Part shown: positions 18,714-29,843 of the stretch, one piece after another | Layout of the letters: every line of letters begins with the position of its first letter | How positions within the stretch are numbered: position 1 is the first letter of the stretch | From: a virus | Virus genome (UHGV): UHGV-0175639 | Length of the DNA: 64,000 bases | Direction: 5' to 3' (one strand) | Notes under the pieces: model-generated | Told to the model about the DNA's origin: nothing | Seen by the model: the letters and a program-made list of their open reading frames with translations, nothing else | The model's database searches: none | Made by a program: the position numbers and the translations under genes

Positions 18714-19844
18714 TCACACCGCCACTGGAACCTTGATCCACGGTAGAGGGGCATAGCCAAGAATAAGAATCTCGTCCCATTTGAAATCATCCAGCTCAGA
18801 CCATTCATTAGGGAATATAACGACCGGATCTGAATGCTCTGGAGCCTGTCGTTGCATTAGCTCACACACACCTTCCATGTGGTTGTTGTACAAATGCACG
18901 TCAAAGCCAAAATGCACAAATGCACCGGCCATGTGACCCGTAATCTTCGCGAGAAAATGAGTGAGAATGCCATAGCCAGCAATATTGAATGGCATACCAA
19001 CAAAAGTGTCTACGCTACGCTGTACGAGGCAGGAGTTGAGGATGCGTTTGGGGATTCCAAGTTCATCCAGTTCAGTTTCAGTAACACTGCCGTCCATCTC
19101 CAGATCGTATAGCATCTTGGTGTAGATAGACTCATAACCGAGGCGACTGTGTTGAAGACCAATGTCAGTTGCCATCGTTAAACGGGTTTCAAAATCAAGC
19201 TCACGACTCCACAAAGAGAAGACAAAGTGGCAAGGTGGCAGTTTCATATCCTCAAGCTCGCCTACGTTCCATGCGTTAAGCATGATGCGACGATCGGTAG
19301 GGTTCGTGCGCAGTGTATCGACAATACGCTGTAGCTGATCGATTTCACGGGACAGCACTACGCGATCTTCACTGATACCCAGGTATCCCTCGACTTTGTA
19401 CCCGCGTTCACGGAAAGTATCGATCTTGCTCAGATATTCACTATGGCTCACGATGCGGGTATCTTCCCATCGACGCCACTGCTTACCGTAAACCGGCCCC
19501 AAATCGCCATTCTCATCGGCCCATGCATCCCAAATCTTAACGCCGTTATCCTTGAGAAATTGGATGTTGCCCGTGCCTTTCAGATACCACTCAAGTTCGA
19601 CAAGTAGTGGCTTAAGATTTACCGCCTTTCCAGAAATAAGCGGCACAGTCCCACCAGTAAGCATGTAGTAAGAGGGAACGTAGCAGGTGCTTAAAGTACC
19701 AGTGCCTGTGCGATCATCAGCCTGCACGCCGCTTTTAAGCACCGTCTCAATAACTTTTGCATACGATGCGTTTGTTACCTGACCGTTCGTATGCTCACGA
19801 TTCAAAAGGAGTGACACAAAAACCTCACAAAGATAAGTAATCAC
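18714..19844 (-). CDS. thyA: thymidylate synthase
   Basis: DRTGTGTLS, DRRIMLNAWN and LPPCH motifs; contiguous ORF. Confidence 0.85.
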   Translation of the reverse strand: MITYLCEVFVSLLLNREHTNGQVTNASYAKVIETVLKSGVQADDRTGTGTLSTCYVPSYYMLTGGTVPLISGKAVNLKPLLVELEWYLKGTGNIQFLKDNGVKIWDAWADENGDLGPVYGKQWRRWEDTRIVSHSEYLSKIDTFRERGYKVEGYLGISEDRVVLSREIDQLQRIVDTLRTNPTDRRIMLNAWNVGELEDMKLPPCHFVFSLWSRELDFETRLTMATDIGLQHSRLGYESIYTKMLYDLEMDGSVTETELDELGIPKRILNSCLVQRSVDTFVGMPFNIAGYGILTHFLAKITGHMAGAFVHFGFDVHLYNNHMEGVCELMQRQAPEHSDPVVIFPNEWSELDDFKWDEILILGYAPLPWIKVPVAV

Positions 19845-19988
19845 TTATTCATTGTGTGAGTTTACATTTATTGAGAGAACAAGACCAGATAGATAAAAAA
19901 ATGGTGGCCACAGGCCACCAAAAACGAATAGTTGTTTCAGAAATTTAACGCGCCAACGCAATATACACAGATAGATAACTACCTACAA

Positions 19989-20858
19989 TTATTTTTTGAT
20001 CATTCCGTACATTGCTGAGGCTTTAGCTTGCTCAACAAAGGAGGATAAATCGACATCACTATAGGTTGGAGACTTCAGAATCTTTCCATCGGAAATTCGA
20101 AAACCGATCATCTTATCGGTGCCATCAGCATGGCGAAATCCCAGGTCAGAAGAGTCGTATTTGCAGTTGGCCACAGCATGGCGACGCTCTTTGGCATCTG
20201 CAGGCCATAATTTTGTCATGTTGGACCGATGAATTTCGCCAACCAGCTCGACGACATTGATACCGAGGAAATCAGCCAGTCGATAGGTCATCATGCACGC
20301 CACATAGATTTTGTTCATTACACGGCGCAGTTCCTGAATCAGCTCAGAATCCTTAACAGTCTTGTTCTCAAGTTTATCTGCCAGCTCTTCGAGCATACAT
20401 GACGCCTCACGAGCTTCCTGAAATGGCATTGCCATATCATCGAAAACAGTGTTACCAGGCACAAAAATTGTCTGCATAAAGCGATCAATGCTCTGTTCCT
20501 GCGTGTAATAAGTCATGCCGGTAGAAATACCACCTTTGATGGCGACCATCGTACCAACACCAACGTATAAAAAGTCGGCCATTGCATCCAGCAGTTGCTC
20601 AATATCCCCATTCATTGCGGCTGGAATACCTTCCACTACAGCTTCTTCATGAATCAGGCTTGCACGGAGACGAAGCAGCTCTGGTGTCGGCATAACGCGT
20701 CTCGGATGCTGGAAGAGTTCATGAAACTGATCGACCATCTTGTAAATACTTTCAGTGGCTACACCATGGCCTTCATGCAACTCATATGGTTCTGGCTTAA
20801 ATCCAATGAGTCGATCGGTGGCAAGTTTCAGGTGGTCAGTCAGTTTGGTAAAGTTCAT
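19989..20858 (-). CDS. hypothetical protein, 289 aa (possible all-alpha nucleotide pyrophosphohydrolase; weak)
   Basis: Position between nrdB and thyA; no firm motif. Confidence 0.45.
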   Translation of the reverse strand: MNFTKLTDHLKLATDRLIGFKPEPYELHEGHGVATESIYKMVDQFHELFQHPRRVMPTPELLRLRASLIHEEAVVEGIPAAMNGDIEQLLDAMADFLYVGVGTMVAIKGGISTGMTYYTQEQSIDRFMQTIFVPGNTVFDDMAMPFQEAREASCMLEELADKLENKTVKDSELIQELRRVMNKIYVACMMTYRLADFLGINVVELVGEIHRSNMTKLWPADAKERRHAVANCKYDSSDLGFRHADGTDKMIGFRISDGKILKSPTYSDVDLSSFVEQAKASAMYGMIKK

Positions 20859-20935
20859 GCTAGTTTTGTTCCTTCTTAATTCTTGTGATCCATTGTGGCC
20901 CAGCGTTGCCAGGCCACATAATGCTTTGTATCGGT

Positions 20936-22078
20936 TTACAGGTCTGCAAACTGGCTTAGAGAAGCCTTATCCACGGTAGAATCGATCTGACCTACCAGAT
21001 ATGTGCTTTGCTCTGCCTCTTGTGGTGCAATTTGCAGTGTGTCGGTTAACAACCACTTGTTCATCCAGACCAGCGGATCAGTGGTAACTTCTGGAAATAA
21101 AGCCTTCAGGCCAAGACGATTCATAGCCAGATTGGTGCGGTATTTTACATACGTTTTGAGAATATCCGCGTTTAAACCAATCATCGAACCATCTTTGAAG
21201 AGATAGTCTGCCCAGTTCATTTCTTGTTCGGCGACTGATTTCATGGTGTCGTAAATGACGTTTTCTTCATCAGCAGCAATCTCTTTCCACAATAAACCTT
21301 CGCGACCGGTACGCATGAAGCGGATCATGCGTTCAGTTCCTTCGCAATGCAGAGCTTCATCACGGGCAATAAAGCGCATAATTTTGGTGTTACCCTCAAG
21401 CAACTTCCGTTCGCCAAAGGCAAAAGTACATGCAAAACTTACATAGAAACGGATCGCCTCAAGTGCATTAATGGACACCAATGTGCGGAAAAGCTGACGG
21501 TGCAAAGGGTATGGCTCCCAGCCATATTCATTTACGTACAGACGCTCAAATTCCTTCTCACCTAACGACTGGCGCTCGCAGGTCATCCCATAAAGCCTGT
21601 CATATTCAGCAGAGATACTGATCGCTCGGTTGATGATTTCTTCATCCGTAACAATACCGTCAAAAACAATGCTCGGATCGTCCACCATGCCACGAATAAT
21701 GTGGGTGTAGCTGCGGCTATGGATAGTCTCAGAGAAAGACCACGTTTCAACCCACGTTTCCAGTTCAGGAATAGAGATAAGCGGCAGCAGCGTTGCATTT
21801 GGGCTACGTCCCTGAACTGAATCGAGTAACGTTTGATAACGGAGATTGCTCAGAAAAATGTGACGTTCGTGGTCCCGCAGCTTCGTGTTGAAGTCGATAC
21901 GATCGCTCGAAATATCAACTTCTTCCGGCCGCCAGAAGAAAGACAATTGACGTTCAATCAACTTTTCAAAATCACGGTATTTTTGCTGATCGTAACGTGC
22001 CACGTTGACAGATTGTCCGAGGAACATAGGCTCTTTGGTTGCATCATTAGCACCCAAACGGAACGTTGAATATGACAT
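20936..22078 (-). CDS. nrdB: ribonucleotide reductase class Ia beta subunit
   Basis: Near-colinear with E. coli NrdB from memory ([25 protein letters not shown], tyrosyl radical region). Confidence 0.95.
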   Translation of the reverse strand: MSYSTFRLGANDATKEPMFLGQSVNVARYDQQKYRDFEKLIERQLSFFWRPEEVDISSDRIDFNTKLRDHERHIFLSNLRYQTLLDSVQGRSPNATLLPLISIPELETWVETWSFSETIHSRSYTHIIRGMVDDPSIVFDGIVTDEEIINRAISISAEYDRLYGMTCERQSLGEKEFERLYVNEYGWEPYPLHRQLFRTLVSINALEAIRFYVSFACTFAFGERKLLEGNTKIMRFIARDEALHCEGTERMIRFMRTGREGLLWKEIAADEENVIYDTMKSVAEQEMNWADYLFKDGSMIGLNADILKTYVKYRTNLAMNRLGLKALFPEVTTDPLVWMNKWLLTDTLQIAPQEAEQSTYLVGQIDSTVDKASLSQFADL

Positions 22079-22184
22079 GTGTTTTTCCTTTTTCTTTTTT
22101 GGTGCGTTTAAACAAGTTGTTATCTTATGTGTTTAAACAAGGCTTACAAATCAAAGAGAAGGTGGGGATATCCCCCACCATATG

Positions 22185-24500
22185 TCAGATTTTGCAGGCT
22201 CCGTCGCACTCATCTTCTGGCTCGACGGCTACAGCTTGCGCCAGTGGATTCTGCGGTTCGTCGTCATCACGCTTTCCTGCACCATCTCTGGTGTTGTGGT
22301 AGTAAAGCGTTTTAACTCCCATCTTGTAGGCGAGAAGCAAATCTGACAGTAGCGTCATCATTGGGACTTTATCGCCTTCAAAGCGAGAAGGGTCATAGTT
22401 GGTATTGGCCGAAATAGCCTGGTCAAAGAACTTCTGGATGATCGCCACCTTTGTCAGATAGCCGCGGTTGTCCGGCATATCCCACAGGTATTCATACTGT
22501 TCCTTCAGTTTTTCAAACTCAGGCACGACCATCTTGACGATGCCGTCCTTAGAAGATTTCACTGACACCGGGCCACGAGGCGGTTCGATGCCGTTGGTGG
22601 AATTAGTGATCTGGCTGGAAGTCTCGCATGGCATTTGTGCCGTCAGTGTGGAGTTGCGAAGGCCGTATTTTGCAATACGTTCACGCAGTTCTTCCCACGG
22701 CATCTTTAACTCAAAGTTTGTTTCGCCACTTTCGTCTAATGAAGAACGGTAATGGTCGATCGGCAACTGACCAATTGCGTATTTGGTCTGCTCAAACCAG
22801 TCACACTCACCTTTTGCTTCGGCAAGTCGGCAGCTGGCATCAAGAAGGTAATACTGGATAGCTTCGAACGTTTCATGCACCAGTTTATTGCCAGCGGTAT
22901 CAGAATAACGAACGCCATTCTTTGCCAGGTAATAAGCAAAGTTGGTTACACCAATTCCCAAGCTACGACGAGCTTTGGCAGGCACTTCGGCTGCCTCCAT
23001 CGGATAGTCTTGATAATCCAGTAACGAATCCAGTGCAGCAACGGCATAGAACGCCACCTCTTTAAGAGACTCCAGTGAACGGATGGCTCCGAGGTTAAAA
23101 GCGGATAAAGTGCATAGCGCGATCTCACCGTTCGGGTCGTCGGTAAATGCCAGTGGACGGGTGGGTAGGGTGATCTCCATACACAGGTTTGACTGGCGGA
23201 CAGGTGCAAGAGCAGGAATGAAAGCGCCATGCTCATTAATATGATCGACGTTCGCAATATAAATTCGGCCCGTGGACGCTCGTTCCTGCATCAGAGATGA
23301 GAACAGCTCAATGGCAGGTACTGACTTCTTGCGAATTGAATCATCGGCTTCGTATTTATGGTACAGCTTTTCAAACAGCTCCTGGTCTGTGAAGAAGGCT
23401 TCGTACATATCAGGCACATCATGCGGGCTGAACAGAGTGATGTTCTCGCTTCTGACGAGTCGACGGTACATTAGACGGTTACTCATGACGCCGTAATCAA
23501 GATGGCGAACGCGGTTTTCATCAATACCACGGTTATTTTTCACCACCAGCAGACTTTCAACTTCAAGATGCCAGATCGGGTAAAACGCTGTTGCTGCGCC
23601 ACCACGAACACCACCTTGCGAACAAGATTTAACAGCCGTCTGGAAATGCTTCAGGAATGGAATAACTCCGGTATGGGTGGCTTCACCATTGCGGATCTCG
23701 CTGCCCAGCGCACGGATACGGCCAAAACCAATACCAATTCCAGCACGACGTGAAACGTAGTCGATAATTGCGGCTGAAGCTGCACTAATCCCTTTCAGAC
23801 TATCGCCAGACTCAATCAGCACACAACTGGAGAACTGACGGGTTGGAGTACGGACGCCGGCCATGATTGGTGTGGGCAGAGACAGTTTGAACGTACTTGT
23901 AACGTCATAGAAACCTTTGACCATCTCCATACGTGTTTTGCCAGCGCAGTCGTCTTCCCAATTCTGGAACAGACACATGCCTACCAGCATATAGATATGT
24001 TGCGGCCCCTCATGAATCTCACCAGTAACACGGTTTTGAACGAGGTATTTGCTTTGCAACTGCACCGTAGCTGCATAGCCAAAAAGATCGTCACGTTTCG
24101 GCTTAATGTAATTGCCGAGTTCTTCGATCTCTTCAAACGAATAATGTGTCAGCAAATCCTTGTCATAAACGCCCTTGTTAACGTTCTTGACAATGTGTTG
24201 GTAGAAGTTCGGATAGTCGTAACGACCGAAGGCATCTTTGCGGATTTTAAAAATGTTCAGGCGGGCAGCCACCTGTGAGTAATTTGGTGCTTCTGGTGAG
24301 ATCAAATCAGCGGCAGATTTAACCAAAGCCTCATGCAACTGGCTGGTGGTAATCCCATCAAAAATGCTGGCCGCAGCTCCCATTGCTACAGCGGATGCGC
24401 TTACACCACGAATGCCTTCTACGCCATACATTACGACGCGGTTGTATTTTTCTTCGGATAACGGCTCTGTTTGGCCGTTACGTTTTACGATGCTTATCAT
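22185..24500 (-). CDS. nrdA: ribonucleotide reductase class Ia alpha subunit
   Basis: 771 aa, colinear with E. coli NrdA including the C-terminal CxxxxC tail. Confidence 0.95.
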   Translation of the reverse strand: MISIVKRNGQTEPLSEEKYNRVVMYGVEGIRGVSASAVAMGAAASIFDGITTSQLHEALVKSAADLISPEAPNYSQVAARLNIFKIRKDAFGRYDYPNFYQHIVKNVNKGVYDKDLLTHYSFEEIEELGNYIKPKRDDLFGYAATVQLQSKYLVQNRVTGEIHEGPQHIYMLVGMCLFQNWEDDCAGKTRMEMVKGFYDVTSTFKLSLPTPIMAGVRTPTRQFSSCVLIESGDSLKGISAASAAIIDYVSRRAGIGIGFGRIRALGSEIRNGEATHTGVIPFLKHFQTAVKSCSQGGVRGGAATAFYPIWHLEVESLLVVKNNRGIDENRVRHLDYGVMSNRLMYRRLVRSENITLFSPHDVPDMYEAFFTDQELFEKLYHKYEADDSIRKKSVPAIELFSSLMQERASTGRIYIANVDHINEHGAFIPALAPVRQSNLCMEITLPTRPLAFTDDPNGEIALCTLSAFNLGAIRSLESLKEVAFYAVAALDSLLDYQDYPMEAAEVPAKARRSLGIGVTNFAYYLAKNGVRYSDTAGNKLVHETFEAIQYYLLDASCRLAEAKGECDWFEQTKYAIGQLPIDHYRSSLDESGETNFELKMPWEELRERIAKYGLRNSTLTAQMPCETSSQITNSTNGIEPPRGPVSVKSSKDGIVKMVVPEFEKLKEQYEYLWDMPDNRGYLTKVAIIQKFFDQAISANTNYDPSRFEGDKVPMMTLLSDLLLAYKMGVKTLYYHNTRDGAGKRDDDEPQNPLAQAVAVEPEDECDGACKI

Positions 24501-24573
24501 GTATCACCAAATAAAGAGGGCCACTAAATATAGTGGCCCATGTTAATAGATAAGCACTTACCTATCAATGAAA

Positions 24574-25143
24574 TCAAATGAGAGACTTAAGAACATCGCG
24601 CACCTGGCGGAACTGATCTGTTTGCATACCGGTATGGATGGCAGCCACCGCATCAGCCAAATGTTCGTTTTTGTTCACGAGAACATCCTGTCCAGATTGC
24701 TTACGACGCAGCCACGGTGCTTTAGGGTGTTTTTTCGTAGCCCACTGGATAATCTCTTCTTTCGATGTAGTAAGTTTATTGCCGACAAAATGCTTGATTT
24801 CGTTTGGAGTAACCTGGATCAATGGCTTATCCACACACGCAAGTACACCGATACAAATACCGTAAGACGTCTGCGAACGAGAGTTTTGGCTCCCAACCGG
24901 TAGCTCACAAAAAACCATATTTGCCTTATCAATGATTGGCTTCGCAACACGCCATATTTCACTGGCTCGGCGCAGATCGTCACTGTTCACACGAACGGTC
25001 TTTTTGTTACTCCCCGCTTTAGTCTCAACAAGAGTAAGGCCGTGAATCTCAAGTTCGTCCGTCTCAAGGTCTAAAGTGCCCACAGCAAGCCCAAAGTTGC
25101 TCATTGAGGGATCAACACCAACTACGCTGATTTTTTTACTCAT
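24574..25143 (-). CDS. RuvC-like Holliday junction resolvase (putative)
   Basis: VVGVDPS...NFGLAV at N-terminus and EHLADAVAAIH near C-terminus resemble the RuvC fold. Confidence 0.5.
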   Translation of the reverse strand: MSKKISVVGVDPSMSNFGLAVGTLDLETDELEIHGLTLVETKAGSNKKTVRVNSDDLRRASEIWRVAKPIIDKANMVFCELPVGSQNSRSQTSYGICIGVLACVDKPLIQVTPNEIKHFVGNKLTTSKEEIIQWATKKHPKAPWLRRKQSGQDVLVNKNEHLADAVAAIHTGMQTDQFRQVRDVLKSLI

Positions 25144-25152
25144 ATAGTCTCC

Positions 25153-25896
25153 TTACCATGTTCCCCATATAGGGTTTTCCAATAATCTCGCCTCCAACGA
25201 ATTGGCTACTATTGCCGTTTGCAACGTTGGTTGGGGATAGTTTGCAAAGTCTGAATACTCATTTTCCTGCGTGACACGTTTATCTGCGGCATGTTTAACA
25301 CCACTTGCTATGAAATGACGCATGATGCCCAACAGCCTCCGACTGTCTGCACTATCGTTTGCTAAAACATGAGGGAGCTGAAGTTCGATTTCTACCATTT
25401 CTCCATACTTACCAACAAACTGTAGTTTGTCCGCACTGTACTTTTTATCCCTCCTTTGGATAAGGAAACCAGTAAAAGCATCACCTGGCGATGCCAAACT
25501 ATCCACCCGCTTATTGGCAAGTCGAATAAGGTTCGTGAAAGCCATACAGTGATGCGCACCCATTCCCCCAAAGAACCCTTCGCTATTAATGTTAAGATCT
25601 TCAGTTTCATGGGATGCAATAAACCCAGGCCCGACGTTGGGAAGATATCCCCCCTCAACAAAAGGATTAATCAGGATCGGCGCAATACATCCAGGTGGTA
25701 GTGATTTCAAACTTTGCATCAATGGCGTCTCGGATATTAGACCAAGCAACGCGGCGAATTGTACTCCGTCAATATTGTTGCTGCCCCACAGAATACGTGG
25801 AGCCGCACCATTGGAAGTATGCCCATTGATCAGTTTTATCGACTGCATCACTGCAAATACCTGCAAAAACTGCGAGCGACTTAATTTAAACGACAT
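25153..25896 (-). CDS. hypothetical protein, 247 aa
   Basis: ORF only. Confidence 0.5.
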   Translation of the reverse strand: MSFKLSRSQFLQVFAVMQSIKLINGHTSNGAAPRILWGSNNIDGVQFAALLGLISETPLMQSLKSLPPGCIAPILINPFVEGGYLPNVGPGFIASHETEDLNINSEGFFGGMGAHHCMAFTNLIRLANKRVDSLASPGDAFTGFLIQRRDKKYSADKLQFVGKYGEMVEIELQLPHVLANDSADSRRLLGIMRHFIASGVKHAADKRVTQENEYSDFANYPQPTLQTAIVANSLEARLLENPIWGTW

Positions 25897-27802
25897 AGCT
25901 GCGCCCCTCTTTAACTTCCAGCGTAATAGTTTCCCGGAACCATGACTTCATCTCTTTATGGGAGATAATCAGCACAGTACCTCGCTCGCGAGCTTTGGAC
26001 TCCAGAATACCCATGAGGCGTTCAAGACCGGCTGTATCGAGTGCATCGTCAATTTCGTCGCCGATAAACAAATCGATGTTTTTACTCGCCCGGTTGCTAA
26101 CCAGATCCTGCAATGCCAAAGAACACGCAATGCGAACCTTCCGCTTCTCACCACCAGAGAGGGTCTGGAACGACTTACTTGAACCTTTCTTCTGCACACT
26201 AATGTTGAATTTGTCGCGATACTCACCTTTTTTAGTGACATCCATCGTCGACCACTCAGCAGTAATATTCCCGTCAGACAACGTATTGAGATACTCGGCA
26301 GTGCGTGTATTCAGGAAAGGCGTAACAGACGTCAAAATATGAGAACGCACCCCGGCAGGAGAGTAGACCTGACGAGCTTTTTCCAATAGCAACGTTTGTT
26401 CCTGAATAGCCTTCAACTCATCTTTTAAGGACTTGAAGGTAGACTTACTGGATACCAGGTTATCTTCGTGTCTGGCGATAAGAGCAATAAACGGATTAAT
26501 CTCTTTTGATATACGATCGACCTCAGTACGAGCACGAGTCACAAGAGACTCAATAGCAACAACCTCCTTCTCACGATGACGCAAAGATGAGAGTTGTTTC
26601 GTAAGCTCTTCAATCCGGGCAATGATAGCCGTTACATCAGGTGTCGTTTTAACAAGGGCAGACTCAATGCTTAACGCTTTCTCAAGATTCGTTTTGTGTT
26701 TAGCCATTGCCTCTGCAAGTGTCTTCGCCTGACCAATTTCCTGACGTGCTTGTTCAATGAAATTCTCCTTCACCGTTGATAGATCTTCTTCGCAGTAGGC
26801 TTTGCCACAAGTAGGGCATGGTGATCCCACTTTAGTACCAACCTCTTCTGCTTTGGTCTTAAAATTACGCGCGCGGTTCATTGCATCAGCCTGACTATTT
26901 TCTGTAGCTTTGATGCTTGCCCGAATATCAGTTATCGCACCACGAACTTTGAGCAACTTGGCGTCATGTTCTTCTTTTGAGGCTAACTTTTTGCGCTCAC
27001 TTTCGATTGCCTTCTCGGTATCACGGATCTGTTCGGGAAGAGTGCGGATCTCAAGTTCAACTTCCGTTAACTCAACTTCGGCACTGGCCAGCCCAGCCAG
27101 GGCATCGTCATAACGTTTAGAACGCTCTTGCTCCCATGATTCAGAGGAGGCTTTCGCTGACTCAATTTCTGACTGTGTTGCCTCAATGGTCGAGATTGTC
27201 GACTCCAATTTGGTTTTAACCACATCCATACGTGCGGCAGCTGCATTAGCTCGCTCACGAGCAATAGCGTAGGCGCGTGTCAGTCTGTCAACGCCAGCGG
27301 CTTCTTCTACGATGGTTTTGAGGTTTTTGTCGGACATTCCAGGTAAATCTGGCATAGCTTCTTGGCTCGCATAGATGGAAGCCATGAAAACCTCTTTAGA
27401 TGCACCGATCAGACGCTCGACGAACTCTTGCGTCAGCGCATCTTTGCCTTTCGTCATATCGCCGTCTTCACCACGAACGATAAGCCGATTTTTGAACTCT
27501 TTGTGTTTACGGTGACGAATGATCGCATATCTCTTGCCTTCATCCTCGATGGTTACTGCAACACGACAGTTCTTTTCATGGTCGGTAGACAACACATCGT
27601 CACCCTTCACACCATGAGCTGTTTCGCCATAAAGACACCACATCAGGCTATTCATTAGCGTTGACTTTCCAGAGCCATTACTTGATGCGGAACTATCATC
27701 ACTATTAACACCCTGAATGAGCACTAAACCACGCTGATCTAACTCGACCTCCGCGCTGGCGATAGCCATAAAATTCTCAACCTGGAGCTTTAAAAACTTC
27801 AT
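25886..27802 (-). CDS. SbcC/Rad50-like recombination ATPase
   Basis: Walker A GSGKST, long coiled coil with CPTCGK zinc hook, LSGGE signature, Walker B DEIDD. Confidence 0.85.
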   Translation of the reverse strand: MKFLKLQVENFMAIASAEVELDQRGLVLIQGVNSDDSSASSNGSGKSTLMNSLMWCLYGETAHGVKGDDVLSTDHEKNCRVAVTIEDEGKRYAIIRHRKHKEFKNRLIVRGEDGDMTKGKDALTQEFVERLIGASKEVFMASIYASQEAMPDLPGMSDKNLKTIVEEAAGVDRLTRAYAIARERANAAAARMDVVKTKLESTISTIEATQSEIESAKASSESWEQERSKRYDDALAGLASAEVELTEVELEIRTLPEQIRDTEKAIESERKKLASKEEHDAKLLKVRGAITDIRASIKATENSQADAMNRARNFKTKAEEVGTKVGSPCPTCGKAYCEEDLSTVKENFIEQARQEIGQAKTLAEAMAKHKTNLEKALSIESALVKTTPDVTAIIARIEELTKQLSSLRHREKEVVAIESLVTRARTEVDRISKEINPFIALIARHEDNLVSSKSTFKSLKDELKAIQEQTLLLEKARQVYSPAGVRSHILTSVTPFLNTRTAEYLNTLSDGNITAEWSTMDVTKKGEYRDKFNISVQKKGSSKSFQTLSGGEKRKVRIACSLALQDLVSNRASKNIDLFIGDEIDDALDTAGLERLMGILESKARERGTVLIISHKEMKSWFRETITLEVKEGRSYVV

Positions 27803-28031
27803 ATAACACCTTTGATACCGTGTGTTAGCTTTTGACCTTCTTTCAATCTGAACTCCGTATGCGCCGGGAAGGATCTGCGCCTCAATACGCCTTTTCTGGT
27901 TAACCTTCCAAGATAAAACGCTACGGGATTTCCTTGTGGCGGGTAGGGCTTGTGAAACATCACCGTCTGGCCTCGTTCAAGTCTTTTCATCGTGATGGCA
28001 AAGTCTCGAAAGCTCCCATAACGACTTTGCC

Positions 28032-29147
28032 TCACACAGCCTCCGAACTCTCCGCTTCGGTGAGGATTTCCTGACACAAAATATCCAACTTGCTTAGATC
28101 AAATCCGCCGTCAGTATCGTGGACAATCTTGCAATAAGCAGATACCGACTCTCCCAGGCTATCGATTTTGCTGGTTTCCGTTGTGCTTGCTGTCCCTTCC
28201 ATCATTGATGACTTACGGATGAAGTTGCACACGACACCTTTTGCACCCATTGTTTTGAGGATGTTCTGGTACTTAATGCCTTCTTCATCGTTCTCAATTA
28301 CGGCGCGGAAACGCACGTAGTTGCCGCGAATTTGGTCATCGGCAACATAATCTTCCAGGTTAATGAATTTAGGCGCACTGGTTTCGTAGTGACTGAAACT
28401 GCCGTCCGGGTTTACGATCATGTAACCAGCCAGAGATCCAACATCTCCCCAATTTTGATGGGTCAGCGCACCGACACTGATAACTCCAGGAATGACCTCT
28501 TTATGGTTGTGGTAATGCCCACTAAGCACGAGACGAAAGCCGATATCCTTTAACTCCTGCGCATCGATACCGACGTCAGGCATTGTTGGAATGGCTTTGT
28601 TAATGGATGTATGGATAACAACATCATGATTATCACCTTCTACGCTCTTACGTAATGCTTTCAGATCGCTGATAAGCTCTGCATGATTGTTACGCCAGCT
28701 AATCAGGTGGACAGTCACATCACCAATTTTTATTGAGTGTGGGCGCTTGCCACATACGATTACCACGCCGATAGAACTCAGCGATGCTGCTGCGTTGGCG
28801 CTATATAATGAATCGTTGGTTTCAAGATCGTGATTACCGGCCAGCATTACTACTGTCAGATCAAGCTCGTTGATAATCCACTTGTACGTTTCAGTTACGT
28901 AATGCAAAACAGAAGGGGACACAGTTCCTCGGACGTGAAATGTATCACCGGCAACCAACATGTACTTACAACCGGCCTTCTTCATGGCGATGGCTGCTTC
29001 TTTCGTTGCTTCCAACTGTATTTCAAGTCTGGAGTTAAGCCCCTCAGCGTTCGTCGTGGAGAACGCATCCCATTTGTGGTAGTGGCAGTCAGAAATGACG
29101 CCGTATGGCAAAGTCATGTGTTTTTCCTTTGTGGTTATTTGATACAA
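28032..29147 (-). CDS. SbcD/Mre11-like nuclease
   Basis: Calcineurin-like phosphoesterase motifs (DCHYH, AGDTFH, GNHD). Confidence 0.85.
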   Translation of the reverse strand: MYQITTKEKHMTLPYGVISDCHYHKWDAFSTTNAEGLNSRLEIQLEATKEAAIAMKKAGCKYMLVAGDTFHVRGTVSPSVLHYVTETYKWIINELDLTVVMLAGNHDLETNDSLYSANAAASLSSIGVVIVCGKRPHSIKIGDVTVHLISWRNNHAELISDLKALRKSVEGDNHDVVIHTSINKAIPTMPDVGIDAQELKDIGFRLVLSGHYHNHKEVIPGVISVGALTHQNWGDVGSLAGYMIVNPDGSFSHYETSAPKFINLEDYVADDQIRGNYVRFRAVIENDEEGIKYQNILKTMGAKGVVCNFIRKSSMMEGTASTTETSKIDSLGESVSAYCKIVHDTDGGFDLSKLDILCQEILTEAESSEAV

Positions 29148-29438
29148 ATCTTAAGCTTGCTCGAGAGGTGAGCAACCAACACAGCACGGCACAGAAGAAC
29201 ATCAACAGGCATAGTATTACAAAATAAATAGGTAAGTGAATACCTACCAAAATTGTTGAATGGATTGCTTACAAGGCGGCTAGAGTTTCATTGAAGTGCT
29301 TAGATGTATATGGTAGGCAAAAGTCTCATCGTTACATATGAATGAACTATCTCATGGGTCATGTATCATTTGATATTTTTATTATCAACAATTACCGTAT
29401 AAGAGGAATTTTCCAAATTGAAAAAGGATTGATTATCA

Positions 29439-29696
29439 ATGGCTATTGATGAAAGAAATATTGTTGTTGGTGGATTGTACAAGACCCATACGAATCAAGA
29501 ACGGGTCGTTCTAGAAATAAAAGATGATGAAGTGAAATACGCTCCTCGAGGTGGAAATGTAGAAAATAAATTTGACCATATGCAAAAAGCCAAATTGATC
29601 ACATTTGCAGGAGCATGTTCAGAAAAAATTAAAGATTTACCCTCCGATGAATTTAATAAAATTCGACAACTATTTGTGGATAGAAAACTTATTTAA
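29439..29696 (+). CDS. hypothetical protein, 85 aa; orphan plus-strand gene
   Basis: AAGGA RBS, own downstream terminator, AT-rich by eye. Confidence 0.45.
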   Translation: MAIDERNIVVGGLYKTHTNQERVVLEIKDDEVKYAPRGGNVENKFDHMQKAKLITFAGACSEKIKDLPSDEFNKIRQLFVDRKLI

Positions 29697-29787
29697 ATAG
29701 TTGTATTAGTTTTGAGGGTTTGTCTCTTAAAGGATTACCATTACTTGGATGAGTAAATTTTAAACAGGAAAAGTTCTAAAAGCCAAT

Positions 29788-29818
29788 GAGCGCCTATGTA
29801 ACGAGCGCTCTTTTTTTG
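29788..29818. terminator. hairpin GAGCG...CGCTC followed by T7
   Basis: Inverted repeat plus T-run after the 85-aa gene. Confidence 0.6.
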
Positions 29819-29843
29819 TTTGTGGATGGGCCTACTAAACCAT

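Noticed and set aside
22468-23024. Plus-strand ORFs inside nrdA, and similar antisense ORFs inside dnaE (39693-40208), the cobT-like gene (45233-45616) and the recombinase (47818-48271)
   Set aside because: Shadow ORFs opposite well-supported long genes; no motifs or start signals.
18714-24500. Group I introns or homing endonuclease insertions in thyA, nrdA or nrdB, as in T4
   Set aside because: All three reading frames are continuous and colinear with the bacterial enzymes.
16134-29147. First impression of a virulent T5/T4-like phage genome (DHFR, ThyA, NrdAB, dNMP kinase, SbcCD, FEN)
   Set aside because: The same window carries an iteron-flanked RepA replicon, a ParA partition operon, a tyrosine recombinase and CobS/CobT-like plus DnaE genes, which together fit a phage-plasmid better than a strictly lytic phage.
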